A stretch of DNA of 64,000 nt. Source: Podarcis bocagei. Taxonomy: Eukaryota. Position numbers and translations under genes: made by a program. A model generated the notes under the pieces. That model had not been told where the DNA came from and searched no databases. It saw nothing but the letters and a program-made list of their open reading frames with translations. Positions 1-12,177 of this stretch are shown in pieces. How positions within the stretch are numbered: the first letter of the stretch is position 1; each line of letters starts with the position of its first letter. The DNA lies in NCBI GenBank assembly GCA_964188305.1, contig OZ076893.1; one strand, written 5' to 3'.

Positions 1-1794
1 CAATCTTGCTAGCATTTTTTTCTGCCAGCTCTTGACAACCCCAAGTAATAGCCTGATCCTCTAAGTTCTTTTTCCCACACAGACTTTTGAGTGAACTTTC
101 GAACAAGGGATATATCATGTGTTTGGATGTGATGGTTCAGTATGCTCAATGAAACGACAAGGAAACTGTAGGACATACTATGTAATATTTGATATTTGCA
201 TGAATGCACTTCACATAGGGTGGTCATGTGCTCTGCTTTACAGAGGACAGCCCTCTGTTTGAAGAAGACTTCCATTTGAAGGCTTATCTGGTCCAAGTCT
301 GGTTAAAAGATAAAGAATCATAAGAAGAAGAGCAGGGGCCTTGATGTTGTCCACCAGCAGTTAGCACCTGGAAAGCTGACTGGAAAGGCATTCAGATTAC
401 CTGACCTCAATCTTCCTCACCATGGTGGGTGTCAGCCCACAACACAGCATCATGGGTTGTCCATGTGCAGTAGGAGCCAGAAAATACCCCCAAAGCACTG
501 GTGATGATAGCAACAACAAAGCTAATCTGCAAAAGCAATGGAACTCTTCCCCACACCAGAGAGCCTGAAATTAACAGCACCTGGACAACAGACCGAAGAG
601 ACACACTGGTAACATGGTCATAATTATTTATATTTTTTCAGCTATAAATTTGCATGTGCAAATTTTGTGCAAATCTGTGTCCAGGGAGGACACAGATTTG
701 CCTGCATTTTTATTATGCATTTCTTCCTCTCAGCCCTCAAGCATTCCTGGAGAAGAAGTACAGTTTGCATGGCTGCAGCCCAGCACTACCAACAGTTTAC
801 ACTTCTTACCTTGGGATAGAGTTGCAACTCTTATTAGGGGTGAGTGTGTTCGTTCATGCTATCAGGCTATTTCCCAGGGCATGAGTGTATGATCAACATG
901 CCAGCCACACACTGGCCTCCTTGGTTCCAGCAAACAGTCATTTCCATCACAGGGATTTCATGAAATTAACCGCTATTAACAGGTCAGATTTGATTCTTTT
1001 GAATCTAGCCATTGTTTCCATCTGTAAGTCATCAAATTAAATCATAGTTGGATTTGGCAGGATTCCCAGTTTTTATATATATATATAAAAGGGGGCCATT
1101 AGAGTAAATCGCTTTAGTCAAACTATTCATGTAGAGGGAGAGAAAGGAAGAAAGGAAAGAGGGGGTTGTTGAAGGGATTTTATTTAAGAGCCGTTTATAT
1201 TTGCAGTGAATATTAACTTTTTCCTTTTAACATCAAAACTCCATAGAAGTCTCCCTTGATCCAGAATCATTCCAGATCCATAATCTCTCCATAGAACATG
1301 AACTTACTTTTTGCTTTTAGTATTATTCTTATTTTGGGTATTATTCTGGGTATTATTCTGGGTGTTACTCTTATTTGGGTACTTATTATTCTATGCTGCA
1401 CAATCTTACAGGGTGCAGGTGGCAGGGCACCCACTATGACTGGCTCACCCCACCTCATGGGTGGCCTGGCCTTGCTGAGCTGCCTTGGACTCTTAACGCC
1501 ACTTCACACACTCAACTCCAGCTGAGAAGTCTTTTGACACCATGCATATGCCCCTCCACAATACTATTGGATAACATGTGACACAAGTGCTCCATGCAGA
1601 GGGTCAGGTGTGCATAGCCTTGATTTATGCAAATTTCACCCCTTCCCCTTGCACCCTTTTTAAAGGGTGGATAACTTCACAAATTGAACCAACATTTTAG
1701 AAGACTGGAGGTAATCCCGTCTCTCATCCAAAAAGTGGCAGGTGCCCCAGGGCTTCCAATGAAACGGGATCAGAGCACCTGCCACTTTGGGGGG

Positions 1795-1985
1795 ATAAGA
1801 ACATCAGAGTCTGACAGAGCAAGCCAATGGCCCATCTCGTCCAGTATCCTGTTCTCACAGTGGCCAACCAGATGGCTGCAGGAAACCCACAAGCAGGACC
1901 CAAACACAAGACTGCTCCACCCCTATGCTTTCCAGCAACTGGTATTCAGAAGCATTACTGATTCTGACCATAGAGGCAGAGCATC
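1795..1985 (-). mobile_element. Old CR1-type LINE 3' end
   Basis: ATAAGAACAT...GCCAATGGCCCATCT.GTCCAG motif; a similar copy lies at ~55044-55210. Confidence 0.65.
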
Positions 1986-2924
1986 CTCTGTTCTGCTCAT
2001 GTTCACAGCACTACAGGTGCCATACTGGGAGTGGTTTCCCTACTTGTGCCCCCTGTGGGATTTCTACATCCAGTCACAGGACCATACATAATTTCTATCC
2101 TGTCATTTCACCTTCTATCTTTGGCATCAACTTTCACCAAAAATCTCTTATGTCCATGTGCCATGGTCCCGATCCTGGTCAGTCCCTGTACTAACGGCAG
2201 AGGTTTCTTCTTGTATCTCTGATTAGGTTGTTGGACTTTCTTACTTCGAGTGGCCTGCATACATCAAAATTCTCATTGCCTCTCCCTGTTAGCGTGTGCC
2301 TTGCATTGTTTCTAAGCAGACACGACTTCTGCAGGCACTGTTTGTAAATGGAGTTCTGGGTGTGGCGCCGAAAGCTGAACGGTACCATTTTATGAAGCAG
2401 AGCATTATGTTGTAAAGACAGCAGACTGGCAGGCAGGCCTATACAGGGCTCTGGTTGCTATGGTTATAGAAAGGATTGTATTTATTCAACACAAACTCAC
2501 CAGGCCTTAATAATAAAGCAACACCAAACTAAGTTTTTCACTTGTTGTAATGATTGGAGAGTCCAGCACCAGAAAAAATGAAATTGCCCAAGATTATAAA
2601 ATCTGCCTTTCTCCTTCCCTTTCTGTGAATATATAATACTGCATCCTTGTTATCCCATTTAGTTCGCTCGCCATTTCAACAGTCTCTTGTTTTGAAATGC
2701 AGCATTTGACAACACAGGCTGACCCAGGCTGTGGTGGCTGGAAATGATGAACCAGAAGGTGGCTGCAAAAAGTAATGCAGCAAAGATGGTGTCTTTTGAA
2801 AATGGATCCACAGTATTCACTGTTATCAGCCTCAAACTCCGGTAATTAACTGAAATAATCATACGTGATTATGCCACCACTAATTACTCTTTTCGCCATA
2901 GTTGCGTTTTACATTAGAACGTAA

Positions 2925-3382
2925 GAGCTCTGCTGGGTCAGACAAAAGACCCAGCTTGTCCAATATCCTGTTTCCTATCAGATGCTTCTGGAAATCCCAG
3001 AAGCAAGACACCATGAAGGTATTAGGCTTCTCTCTTGCTACTGCTCCACAGCAGCTGGCATCCAGTGAGATTTCCTCTGAACCTGGAGGTTCCATACAGC
3101 CATCATGACTAGTAGTTATTGCTCTGCCATCGATTTATCTAATTTCATTTTAAAGCCATGCAAACTCATGACCACCACATCTTGTGGCAAAAAGTTCCAT
3201 ACATTAAATGTGCACTGTGCAAGGAAGTAGGACAGAGGAATGTGTGAATCTCCTGCCGATCAGCTTCTTGGGAAGACACTAAGATCCATATTCTGAGATG
3301 CATAAAAATTATTTCTATTCACTTTCTCTCACCATGCATAATGTTAGAAACTACTATCATGTTCCTCTTTAATCAGCTTTAA

Positions 3383-3437
<55 letters not shown>

Positions 3438-3510
3438 AAAGCCCCAAACATTGTAACTTTTTAAAGTTGTCTTTAGGCTGAACACCTCTCTGTTACAAAA
3501 TTCTTTTATT
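2925..3510 (-). mobile_element. Degraded CR1-type LINE fragment containing an (AACT)n microsatellite (3384-3437)
   Basis: Resembles an antisense CR1 3' region; tandem AACT array. Confidence 0.5.
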
Positions 3511-3637
3511 CTCTTCCCAGATGCTTAGATATGGGTAAAAAAAACCTCCAAGGTGGCTTTACACACTTAATCTGTTACTTCTTAACATACAGGTACGTCA
3601 AAATCTTCCCCCACCCAACCACTTTATGATCACTACC

Positions 3638-4069
3638 TGTAATGTGTATGGGTTGCTCATGCGTAAGTTGCCGCCTCTCCAGGCTTTGTTGCCTTGCTAA
3701 ACCTTTCAGTCTGGGCAGCCCTTCACTTCGTGGCTGCCTCAGTCGCTAGCAGAATCCGTCAGTGGGCATTTCTTAAATCTTTTCCAACATAAAAGTTGTT
3801 TGACACCCAGTCTCCTCCTACTCTCTCTGCGCGGAAGTCTTCTGCGCAGGGTGGGCGTGGGTAGCGGAGGACCCGTGCTCTCCTCGCTGGTGTCCGGTGA
3901 AGAGTCCTGGAGCCCTCTCGCCGATTCCCCCATCAGCCCCTCTATATCCCTGGTGTTGTGCTGATTTGCTTCCCCATCTGCGGAGCTGCCTCTCTCCCTG
4001 CTGGGCCCTTCTCCAGCATCATTTGAGAGCCTTCCCTCTGCCTCTAGCTCTGATGTCAGTTCCCTGACA
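3638..4069 (-). repeat. 3' LTR of the Gypsy element
   Basis: Copy of 8769-9200, preceded on the minus strand by the PPT GGGGGGGAGGTGGA. Confidence 0.96.
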
Positions 4070-7000
4070 TCCACCTCCCCCCCAGGACCCCCTCCACCCC
4101 CGGCCCGGACCTGTTGACCCAACTTTGTCCCTTTCTTCGGCCGACGATGCGGGGAACCCCCGGAAGGAGCTGTCACCATACTCTGAGGATTCAAAACCCG
4201 CTTCCCACCCGCTCTGATCCCTTCCCGCAGGGTGGGCCTCCCAGTCTGATTCTTCTTCCTCCGAAGCCTCTTCTCCCTCCCCTTCGGAGACAGAAAACCC
4301 CACAAAATCCTCTTCATCATCTGTGGTTCCAAATTGCTCCTCCCAGAATCTCTCTAGTGGTTTGGGTTTGTCCGGGAACAGGCGGTGGAATTCCTCCACC
4401 AGATACCCATCAGTGATTGCCTCCGCGGGAACCCACGTGTTTTCCGACCCGGGTTCTCCCTCCCAAGCCACCAAGTACTCCACCTGGCGCCCTTGCCACC
4501 TTGAATCAAGTATTTCTGTGGCCAAGTTCTGGTGCTCCCTCTCTTCTACCTGCGGGTGTGTGGTGACTTCTCCCTCTCACCCCGGGAATCCCCTTCCTTC
4601 CCTGTATGGCGAGAGTAGGGACCTATGGAACACCGGGTGTATCTTCATGCTGTCTGGCAATTTGAGCTTGAATGCCACGGGGTTCACCTGCTGTGTTACC
4701 TCAAACGGTCCCAGCCGCCTGGGTTGCAACTTCTTGCACCCCCCCTTAAAAGGTAACCCTTGGGTTGACAACCACACCCGATCTCCCACCCGTATGGTCT
4801 CCCCTTCCCTACGGCGCTTGTCTGCCGGCCTCTTGTAAATTTCCTTGGCCCGCTCCAAGTTCATCTTAAGTTGCTGGTGCAGGGCTTCCATTTCTTCCAC
4901 AAACTGCTCTGCTGCCGGTACACTCCATGCTTCCTCCCCACTCCCCGGGAAGGCCCTGGGGTGACACCCATAATTGGCCATGAACGGGCTCATTCCCGTT
5001 GACGCATGTTCAGCGTTATTGTACGCAAATTCAGCCAGCGCTAGTTTTTCTACCCAATCGTTCTGCCTCTCGCTGACGTAGCAGCGTAGGTATTGCTGGA
5101 AAATACTGTTCGCTCTTTCTGCTTGCCCTTTGGTTTCTGGGTGTCTCGCCGTTGAGAAGCCCACTTCGACCTGCAGCAAGCTCATGAGCTTCCTCCAGAA
5201 ACGGGAAGTAAATTGTTTCCCGCAGTCGGAGATGACCCTCGAAGGAGCCCCATGCAACCGGAAGATGTGATCTACAAACAACCTGGCTGTTTCCTCTGCC
5301 GTGACCGCATGTGGGCAAGCTATAAAATGGCACATTTTTGTTAGTAGATCGACCACTACCATGACCGCTGTCTTCCCCCGGGACTTGGGCAAATTGGTCA
5401 TAAAATCAATGGATACCACCTCCCAAGGTTTCCCCGGCGTGGGTAAGGGTAAGTAATCCTGCTGGGGCGGTCCGCTCCCCCTTTGCCCTTTGGCAGCGGT
5501 CGCAACCCTGTACATATTCCTGTACATCCTCCCTCACCCTGGGCCACCAGAACTGCCTGGTGACGAGCATCATGGTTTTGTGCTGTCCAAAGTGCCCCAC
5601 TGTGGGGTTGTCGTGGAGTTGTTTGAGTACCTTCCCCCGTAGGGTCTCCCCCGGTACATACAGCGCCCCCTTATAGTACAGCACCCCTTCCTTCTCCTCA
5701 AACTCTCCTTGGGTTTCTCTTCCGTCTCGGAGTTCCCGGATTTTAGTTTGGGTGAACACGTCGTTTCTAGTAAGTCCAGCCAGTTCTCATTGCCCCACCA
5801 AGGTTCCCTCACACACCCAACGGTCCTCAGGGATCACGTGTCGTATCTCCGGTGGCCCCTCTCCTTCCAAGTACTCCGGTTTCCAGGAGAGAGCATCTGC
5901 TCTCACGTTTTCCTCTCCTGGCACGTATCGGATTTCGAAGGAAAACTTGGAGAACTCCTGTGCCCATCGAATCTGTCTCTGGTTGAGCACTTGTGCGGTC
6001 CTCCAGTATTCCAAGTTCTTGTGATCTGTACAAACCTGGATCTTGTGCTGCGCCCCTATTAGTAGATGTCGCCATCGCCGAAACGTCGCATAGATCGCAA
6101 GCAGTTCGCGGTCATACACCGTATAGTTTTGCTCTGACTTGTTCAGCTTTCTTGAGAAGAAGGCACACGGTCTCCATTCCTGCTTGCTCCTCCCTGGCTG
6201 CAAAAGAACCGCCCCAATGGCTCTGTTGGACGTGTCGGTCTCTAGCCTCATGGGTTTCTCCAGATCCACGTGCAGGAGCTGCTCTTCCGATGCGAACGCC
6301 TTCTTCAGTTTTTCAAAGGATTGTTGGGCCTCCTCTGTCCAGGCGAACTTCCTTTTGCTACTGAGACAGTCTGTGATGGGTGCTGTCAAGTGGGCGAAGT
6401 TCTTGATGAACTTCCTGTAGAAGTTGCTGAACCCTAGGAACCTCTGCACGTCCTTCCGGGTTTTGGGAGCCTTCCACTCCAGCACTGCCTGCACCTTGCT
6501 TGGGTCCATCGCTAAGCCTTTGTCTGACAACTTGTACCCCAAAAACTCGACTTCTCTGGCGTGAAACTGACATTTCTCCAGCTTGGCCCACAACTGGTGC
6601 TTCTGCAGTCTCTTTAGCACTTCCCTGACGTCTCTGGCGTGTTGCTCCTCATTGTCTGAATAGATTAAGACGTCGTCCAAGAAGGCTACGCAGTTCTTGT
6701 ACAGCAGGGACCCCAACACATGGTGCATGAAAGCTTGAAAACAGGCGGAGCCTGGCTGTAATCCAAATGGCATAACTAAGTACTCAAAGGCCCCCAGGGG
6801 GGTGAACATTGTGGTCTTCCATTCGTCCCCCTCCCTCATCCTAATCAAATTGTAGGCTCCCCTGAGGTCCAGCTTGGTAAAAATCTTCCCCTGCCTCACC
6901 CGTGTTAAAATGTCGTCAATCCTGGGCATTGGGAAGGTCACGGGTTCTGATACCAAATTTAACGCCCTAAAATCTACGACCAATCTGGGCTGGTTAGTCC

Positions 7001-7700
7001 CTTTTTTGTCCACAAAGAACACCGGATTGCCCCCCGCCGCCTTTGATTCCCTTATGAACCCCCTCTTCAGGTTCTTGTCAATAAACTCCCGCAACTCCTT
7101 CATCTCCCTGTCCAACATGGCATACAGTTTACCCACCGGTAGCTGCGCCCCAGGGAGCAAGTTGATTTGGCAGTCAAAGGGCCTATGTGGGGGTAGTCTA
7201 TCTGCCTCCTTCACGCTGAAGACCTCCTGCAGGTCAGCATATTGTGGTGGCACCTCCCCTTTCGGCTCCACAGCTATCCCAGCCACCCTGGCCACGGTCA
7301 TCCTTGGGGTTTCTCCCCCTAGACAGTGTTCCAAGCAGTAAGCAGACCCAAAGGTGACCGTTCTCTGATGCCATGCCACCACTGGATCATGTTGTGCTAG
7401 CCAGCTCATCCCTAATATTATTGGGGGCCCTGCCAGTGAGGCTACGTGAAAGGCGATAGTCTCCGTGTGCCTGGAAACCCTCATTCTCATTGGTGGGGTC
7501 TGGTGCGTCACTTCCCCTCCCAGAAGCTCCCTGCCATCAATGGTGGTTACTTGCAAGGGGAAATCCAGGGGCAGCAGGTGGAGCTGGTGCTCTAGTGCAA
7601 AGTCCTTGCTGAAGAAATTGCAGGGACTGCCTGAATCCAACAGCCCTTTCACCTTGACTGGGTGCCCATTTGGGAGTTCTAGCACCACTTCTATGGCTAT
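4019..7700 (-). pseudogene. pol: Gypsy pol (protease, RT, RNase H, integrase, chromodomain), disrupted
   Basis: LLDSGS (protease); MPFGL and FLDDVLIYS (RT); ETDTS and TDHKNL (RNase H); HHCC finger; SIDFMT and QAERAN (integrase); GPF motif; ILDSRW..EYLVAWEG..ENTWVP (chromodomain). In-frame stops at 5787 and 4577; frameshift near 5460. Confidence 0.95.
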
Positions 7701-7729
7701 GGTTGCTTGCCTGGCTGCTGTGCCCGCTG

Positions 7730-8715
7730 AGTGGCAGCCAAGCTTTGGCGTTTCCCTGCTCCTTTACCATCTCCACCTCACCCCCTGCAGCTCAGACCAT
7801 CCCTTGCCAGGCCTTTCTTTGCGGGCAGACCCTGGCAAAATGTCCTGGCCGCTGGCAGAGAAAACACTTCTTGGTGGTTTTCCCATCCTTTCCCTCTCTC
7901 TTGCGACCTTCACTGGAGTTTGAAATCTCCCCCGCGCGCGCCCCATCTATTTCCATGGGCTCCGCCGGCGGGGAAGGCTGCCTTGGTATTTCAGGAATGC
8001 GGTAGTCATGGTAACGTTGCTCTCTCCCTTCCCGCTTCTCCTGGGCCCGCGCTTCCTGCCTTACATCAATCACAAGCACAGCCTTGGTCAGCTGATCCAT
8101 CGACTGCGGGCGGGGTGCGCGGGAAAGCTCGTCCTTCACCGTTGGGGACAACCCCTCCTCGAACAACATCTGAATGGGCTCAGAGTCCAATTCCTACCTG
8201 AGCCGGTGGACTAACATGGCAAAGTGTGACCAGTAGTCTCTAACTGACTGGTTCCCATGTTTGCAACCCATCAGTTCCCGCCGAGTCACACTTTGCTGTA
8301 CATCACTGGAATACATCGCATCCATCGCCTGGAAGAATTTCCTCAGGTCTTTCAAGGCGGCATTCTGCGTTGCCATTAGGGGCCTGATCTAATCTCTGGC
8401 CCCATCCTGCAGATGTCCAACAATATAGGCAACCCTCTCCCCATCATCTGCAAAATCATTCTGTTGCAGTTCCAAAGCATACTCTATTTCCGTTCGGAAC
8501 GCACTGTAGTCCTGGGGTTTCCCTCCAAACTTGTGTACCAGTCCCGGTACCTTCCTTGCTACGGGGGTGGGTCTGACCTGAGCATCCTGAGACCGCCTTT
8601 CGTCCAGCCGCGCCATCAGCAGAGCCACATGCTGTTCCAAATCTCGGTTCCTCTCCACCAGATTTTGCCCTCCAGCTGCTCCCCGCGTGGCTCCAGCTTC
8701 TCCGGTTTTGCTCAT
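7730..8715 (-). pseudogene. gag: Gypsy gag (retrotransposon gag domain plus CCHC zinc knuckle), disrupted
   Basis: ORFs 8389-8715, 8194-8376 and 7792-8190 share one frame and are separated by single stops. Contains the knuckle CFLCQRPGHFARVC. Confidence 0.92.
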
Positions 8716-8768
8716 GATGCTGCCTGCCTGTTGCTGTGCACGAGCGACTTCAGGGACTGATGGATTGC

Positions 8769-9200
8769 TGTAATGTGTATGGGTTGCTCGTGCGTAAGTT
8801 GCCGCCTCTCCAGGCTTTGTTGCCTTGCTAAACCTTTCAGTCTGGGCAGCCCTTCACTTCGTGGCTGCCTCAGTCGCTAGCAGAATCCGTCAGTGGGCGT
8901 TTCTTAAATCTTTTCCAACATAAAAGTTGTTTGACACCCAGTCTCCTCCTACTCTCTCTGCGCAGAAGTCTTCTGCGCAGGGTGGGCGTGGGTAGCGGAG
9001 GACCCATGCTCTTCCCGCTGGTGTCCGGTGAAGAGTCCTGGAGCCCTCTCGCCGATTCCCCCATCAGCCCCTCTATATCCCTGGTGTTGCGCTGATTGGC
9101 TTCCCCATCTGCGGAGCTGCCTCTCTCCCTGCTGGGCCCTTCTCCAGCATCATTTGAGAGCCTTCCCTCCGCCTCTAGCTCCGATGTCAGTTCCCTGACA
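8769..9200 (-). repeat. 5' LTR of the Gypsy element
   Basis: TG...CA ends; about 10 substitutions and no indels versus 3638-4069 (hand count, ~2%), many at CpG sites. Confidence 0.96.
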
Positions 9201-10799
9201 CTACCCAAAGATAAACTGGTGGGTTGTATCAAGCATTCCCATGTATGTGTGTAATCAAGGAATAAATAGACCAGGACACCCAAATTACAGACGATAGGCA
9301 CTTCAATACAGTGAAGAAGTGAGGTGTTCAAGACAGCCAGAAGAAGAAAGGTGCAAGAGGGTAGCCATATTTTCCATGGTCAAAAGTAACCAAGTCAGAA
9401 ATTTGCAACCTATATTGGGGCAGGATTCAACGAATGAATTCTGTCGATGGAAGCCCTGTGCAAGGAACATTCCCCCATCTCCTCCCCTCAGGCACCCCCT
9501 GCTCCTCCCCAATTGGTCAGGGCAGGAGATCAAGAGAATCCCTGGAGTGGCACATCTGGTGAGAAGATGAGGAGGGGGATTGTTCCAACTGGCAAGCCAA
9601 AATGCTTACCCTGATGAAACAATCACCTTAGCACAATATTTAATTCCTCTCTTGGTTTCCTGATATGTTTAGATGAAACATGAAACGGATATACTGTACC
9701 TGTATTTCTGTAGGCTATAGGCACGAACATGCTAGGTTTTATGTATTCCTCCTAGCACAAGTGTTACTTGCTACGATGCAAAAGAAATGTATTCCATGAT
9801 CTATGGTGTCAGTGGCCTTAGGCTTGCGTTGTAAGTGCACAATGTTATCTTTAAAGACAGAGTGCAGTACTACCAATGCCAATTCTCCTAAAGAAAATTA
9901 GATCTCAGTTATGGCCCTATCTGGGGAAGTATTCAAATATCATATCACCACAATATTGTTACTCTAACATGTACATCCCAAGGTTGCTTGTCTCATTATT
10001 AGTATTTTACATAAAATATGTATTTTAGTGTTAATGTGAAATATAAATGAGTAATAAGACAAGCTGCAGGGGAACAAAAGAACTCCAACTCTGCCTGTGT
10101 TTGCCAAGATGCAAAAGCCCAAGAAGAAATGATACTAATTTTCGCTCTCTTGAGGATTTAAGAAATTTTATTTCTTAAATAGAAAGGTTTGCTTTGAAAT
10201 GTGTATCACTTTTACACATATAGTTATAAAGTGTTGGAGAAGTGGGGAGCCAACAAAATAAGCCCGCCTAATTTGCAACAATATTCTTCCATATATATAT
10301 ACTATATATATATTAATATATATTATATATTGCAACAAAGGTTTGCCACAAGTTCAAATAAAAACAACCCCAAAAAGCCAAGTTGTTAAATTCTTTAGAC
10401 AAATTAGTAGCATTAACCCTGAGATTTTACAAGACTGGTTCTAAAAGAAAAAACATTGCATATTATTATTAGACTTCACATTAGGTCTGAGGAAGCTCAA
10501 GCCTGGGAACAGGTAATAGCCCTTTAGCCCCCAGGCATTCTCCTCAGGCCGCACTTCTCACTAGCTCTGTTCTGCACCATTCTTAAGTGCTTTTGCCTGG
10601 CTAGAGTGTGTTTCTGCACATGAGAATGCCTCTTGCTTGCCTGGAAAGAGGATGGAAAGATGTGTGCATAGAAACTGTGGATTTTTGCTTGGTTTGAATG
10701 TGGCCTACTATACAAAGCTAAGTCCCATTTGTTTCTTTGCCACTTTGCTTTTGACTCTGCTTATCTTCCCCATCATGGCTGCACCCACTTTTTGTTGAA

Positions 10800-12177
10800 A
10801 TCATGGGAGCCAAGACCCAACTTTGGGGAAAGTACTCTTTGGAGAAAAAACCCCAGCAGTGATTTAACATAGCAAAACATGCAGCAAAGAAAGGTGGGGA
10901 AATATAGGCTGCAAAACCTTTAAAAGGTGTCCTTCTAGTGAATCCCAAAATGTCTCCTTTTAAAAGCTGTTTCCAAGCTATCCCACTTCCTTAACATAGA
11001 GATAGACCACACATTTGGAAAGCCATAAAATGGTTTACTACCAAAATTCTTCAAAGGTCAGATTCATGTGCTTTTCCATACAGCAATCAGGAAAGATGCA
11101 CAGGCAGTAAAACAATGCTTAGATACAAAAGGTAAAGGTTTCTAAATTATTGATAGAGTAAACAAAATGCTCAGACTCCATTCTATTTGTTTAGCTATGG
11201 ATATCCACAACTACTTCAAAAAGCAGAAAACAGCTAGTGAGCCCAATAGCAACCAATGTGTCTGCCTCAAACGAGACAAAAAATATCCAGGTACAGGCAG
11301 GAGCAGGGCAGGAGAATATCCCAGATGACAATACTGAGACGGCTATCTGGATTGTACCACTTGAATGACAGGGAAAGCTAGTTATAGGGAACTACATATT
11401 GAAAGCAAATATTCTATCAGGTGTGTTAAAATTTGAGCTGCTTAGGAGTCTCAGGAAGTGAGGAAGAAGGGAGTTGGAATGAGATGTGTTCAATCTGGTG
11501 GGTTCCAATTAGTTATCTAACAACTATGTTCTCAAGTGCTATCATTTCCAAAGGGTGTTCAAAGGCAGCCACATGTTGCAGCAATAATACATTGACATTG
11601 CGAATGACTGTGGTGAGATCAGCATTGACCAGTAGGAATTTCAGGTGATGCCCTACACGTGAAAAGTTTTTTGTTTTTGTTTCGCCTCCGATGTTGCTTG
11701 GACATCTAAATATAGGTCCTGATGCAATAGAACATCCAGTGTGGATCTGAAGTCCTTTAAGAGACAGTTTGTCAGAGTCCAATCTCAGAGAATAGGAACT
11801 GTTCCCAGTACATATGGAAGCTGGAATACATGATTATAAAGTGCTGTGATGCCTTTGGTTTAGCATTCCAATGGGCCTCTTTCCACATTGGGAAAGTACA
11901 AATATTGTCTCTCTCAGAACAACGGTGGCTGCAGATATTATGTAGCACTGACCTAAATTTGTGTTAAAATGTCTTCTTGAGAACATCTTGATGTAGTAAT
12001 TCTTGCTGACAGCAGATGTAGATTTTTGCTCTGTAGAAACCCCCCCACCTGAATTTGTAATACACTTTATGCTAAATCTTGCTTGCCAAGATTCTGTGAA
12101 AAGTGTTAGATTTGATTAGCACTGCATAATTTTCTTCCCAGTTTGCCAGAAAGGAATTTACAGTATTATGGACCACA
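10800..12177 (-). repeat. Putative 3' LTR (~1.4 kb) of the foamy-like provirus
   Basis: Begins with TGTGG right after the purine-rich AAGGAGGATAGAG. AGTAAA polyA-like signal near 11034-11039. Segment 10800-11075 is repeated at 29280-29514. Left boundary approximate. Confidence 0.55.

Larger units (their letters stand above)
3638..9200 (-). mobile_element. Full-length, defective Ty3/Gypsy chromovirus (Tf1/sushi-like) LTR retrotransposon
   Basis: Two 432-bp TG...CA direct repeats (3638-4069, 8769-9200). 5-bp TSD CTACC (3633-3637, 9201-9205). Gag-PR-RT-RH-IN-chromodomain order on the minus strand. Polypurine tract at 4070-4085. Confidence 0.97.

Noticed and set aside
1298-1400. Hydrophobic ORF (ILGIILGIILGV)
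   Set aside because: It arises from a degenerate 12-bp tandem repeat (TATTATTCTGGG), not a real membrane protein.
4577-8391. APOBEC-type hypermutation of the Gypsy element (two apparent TGG>TAG stops in gag)
   Set aside because: Five stops in ~4.7 kb are roughly compatible with neutral decay at the observed LTR divergence. The other stops are TGA, and no consensus is available to show G>A bias.
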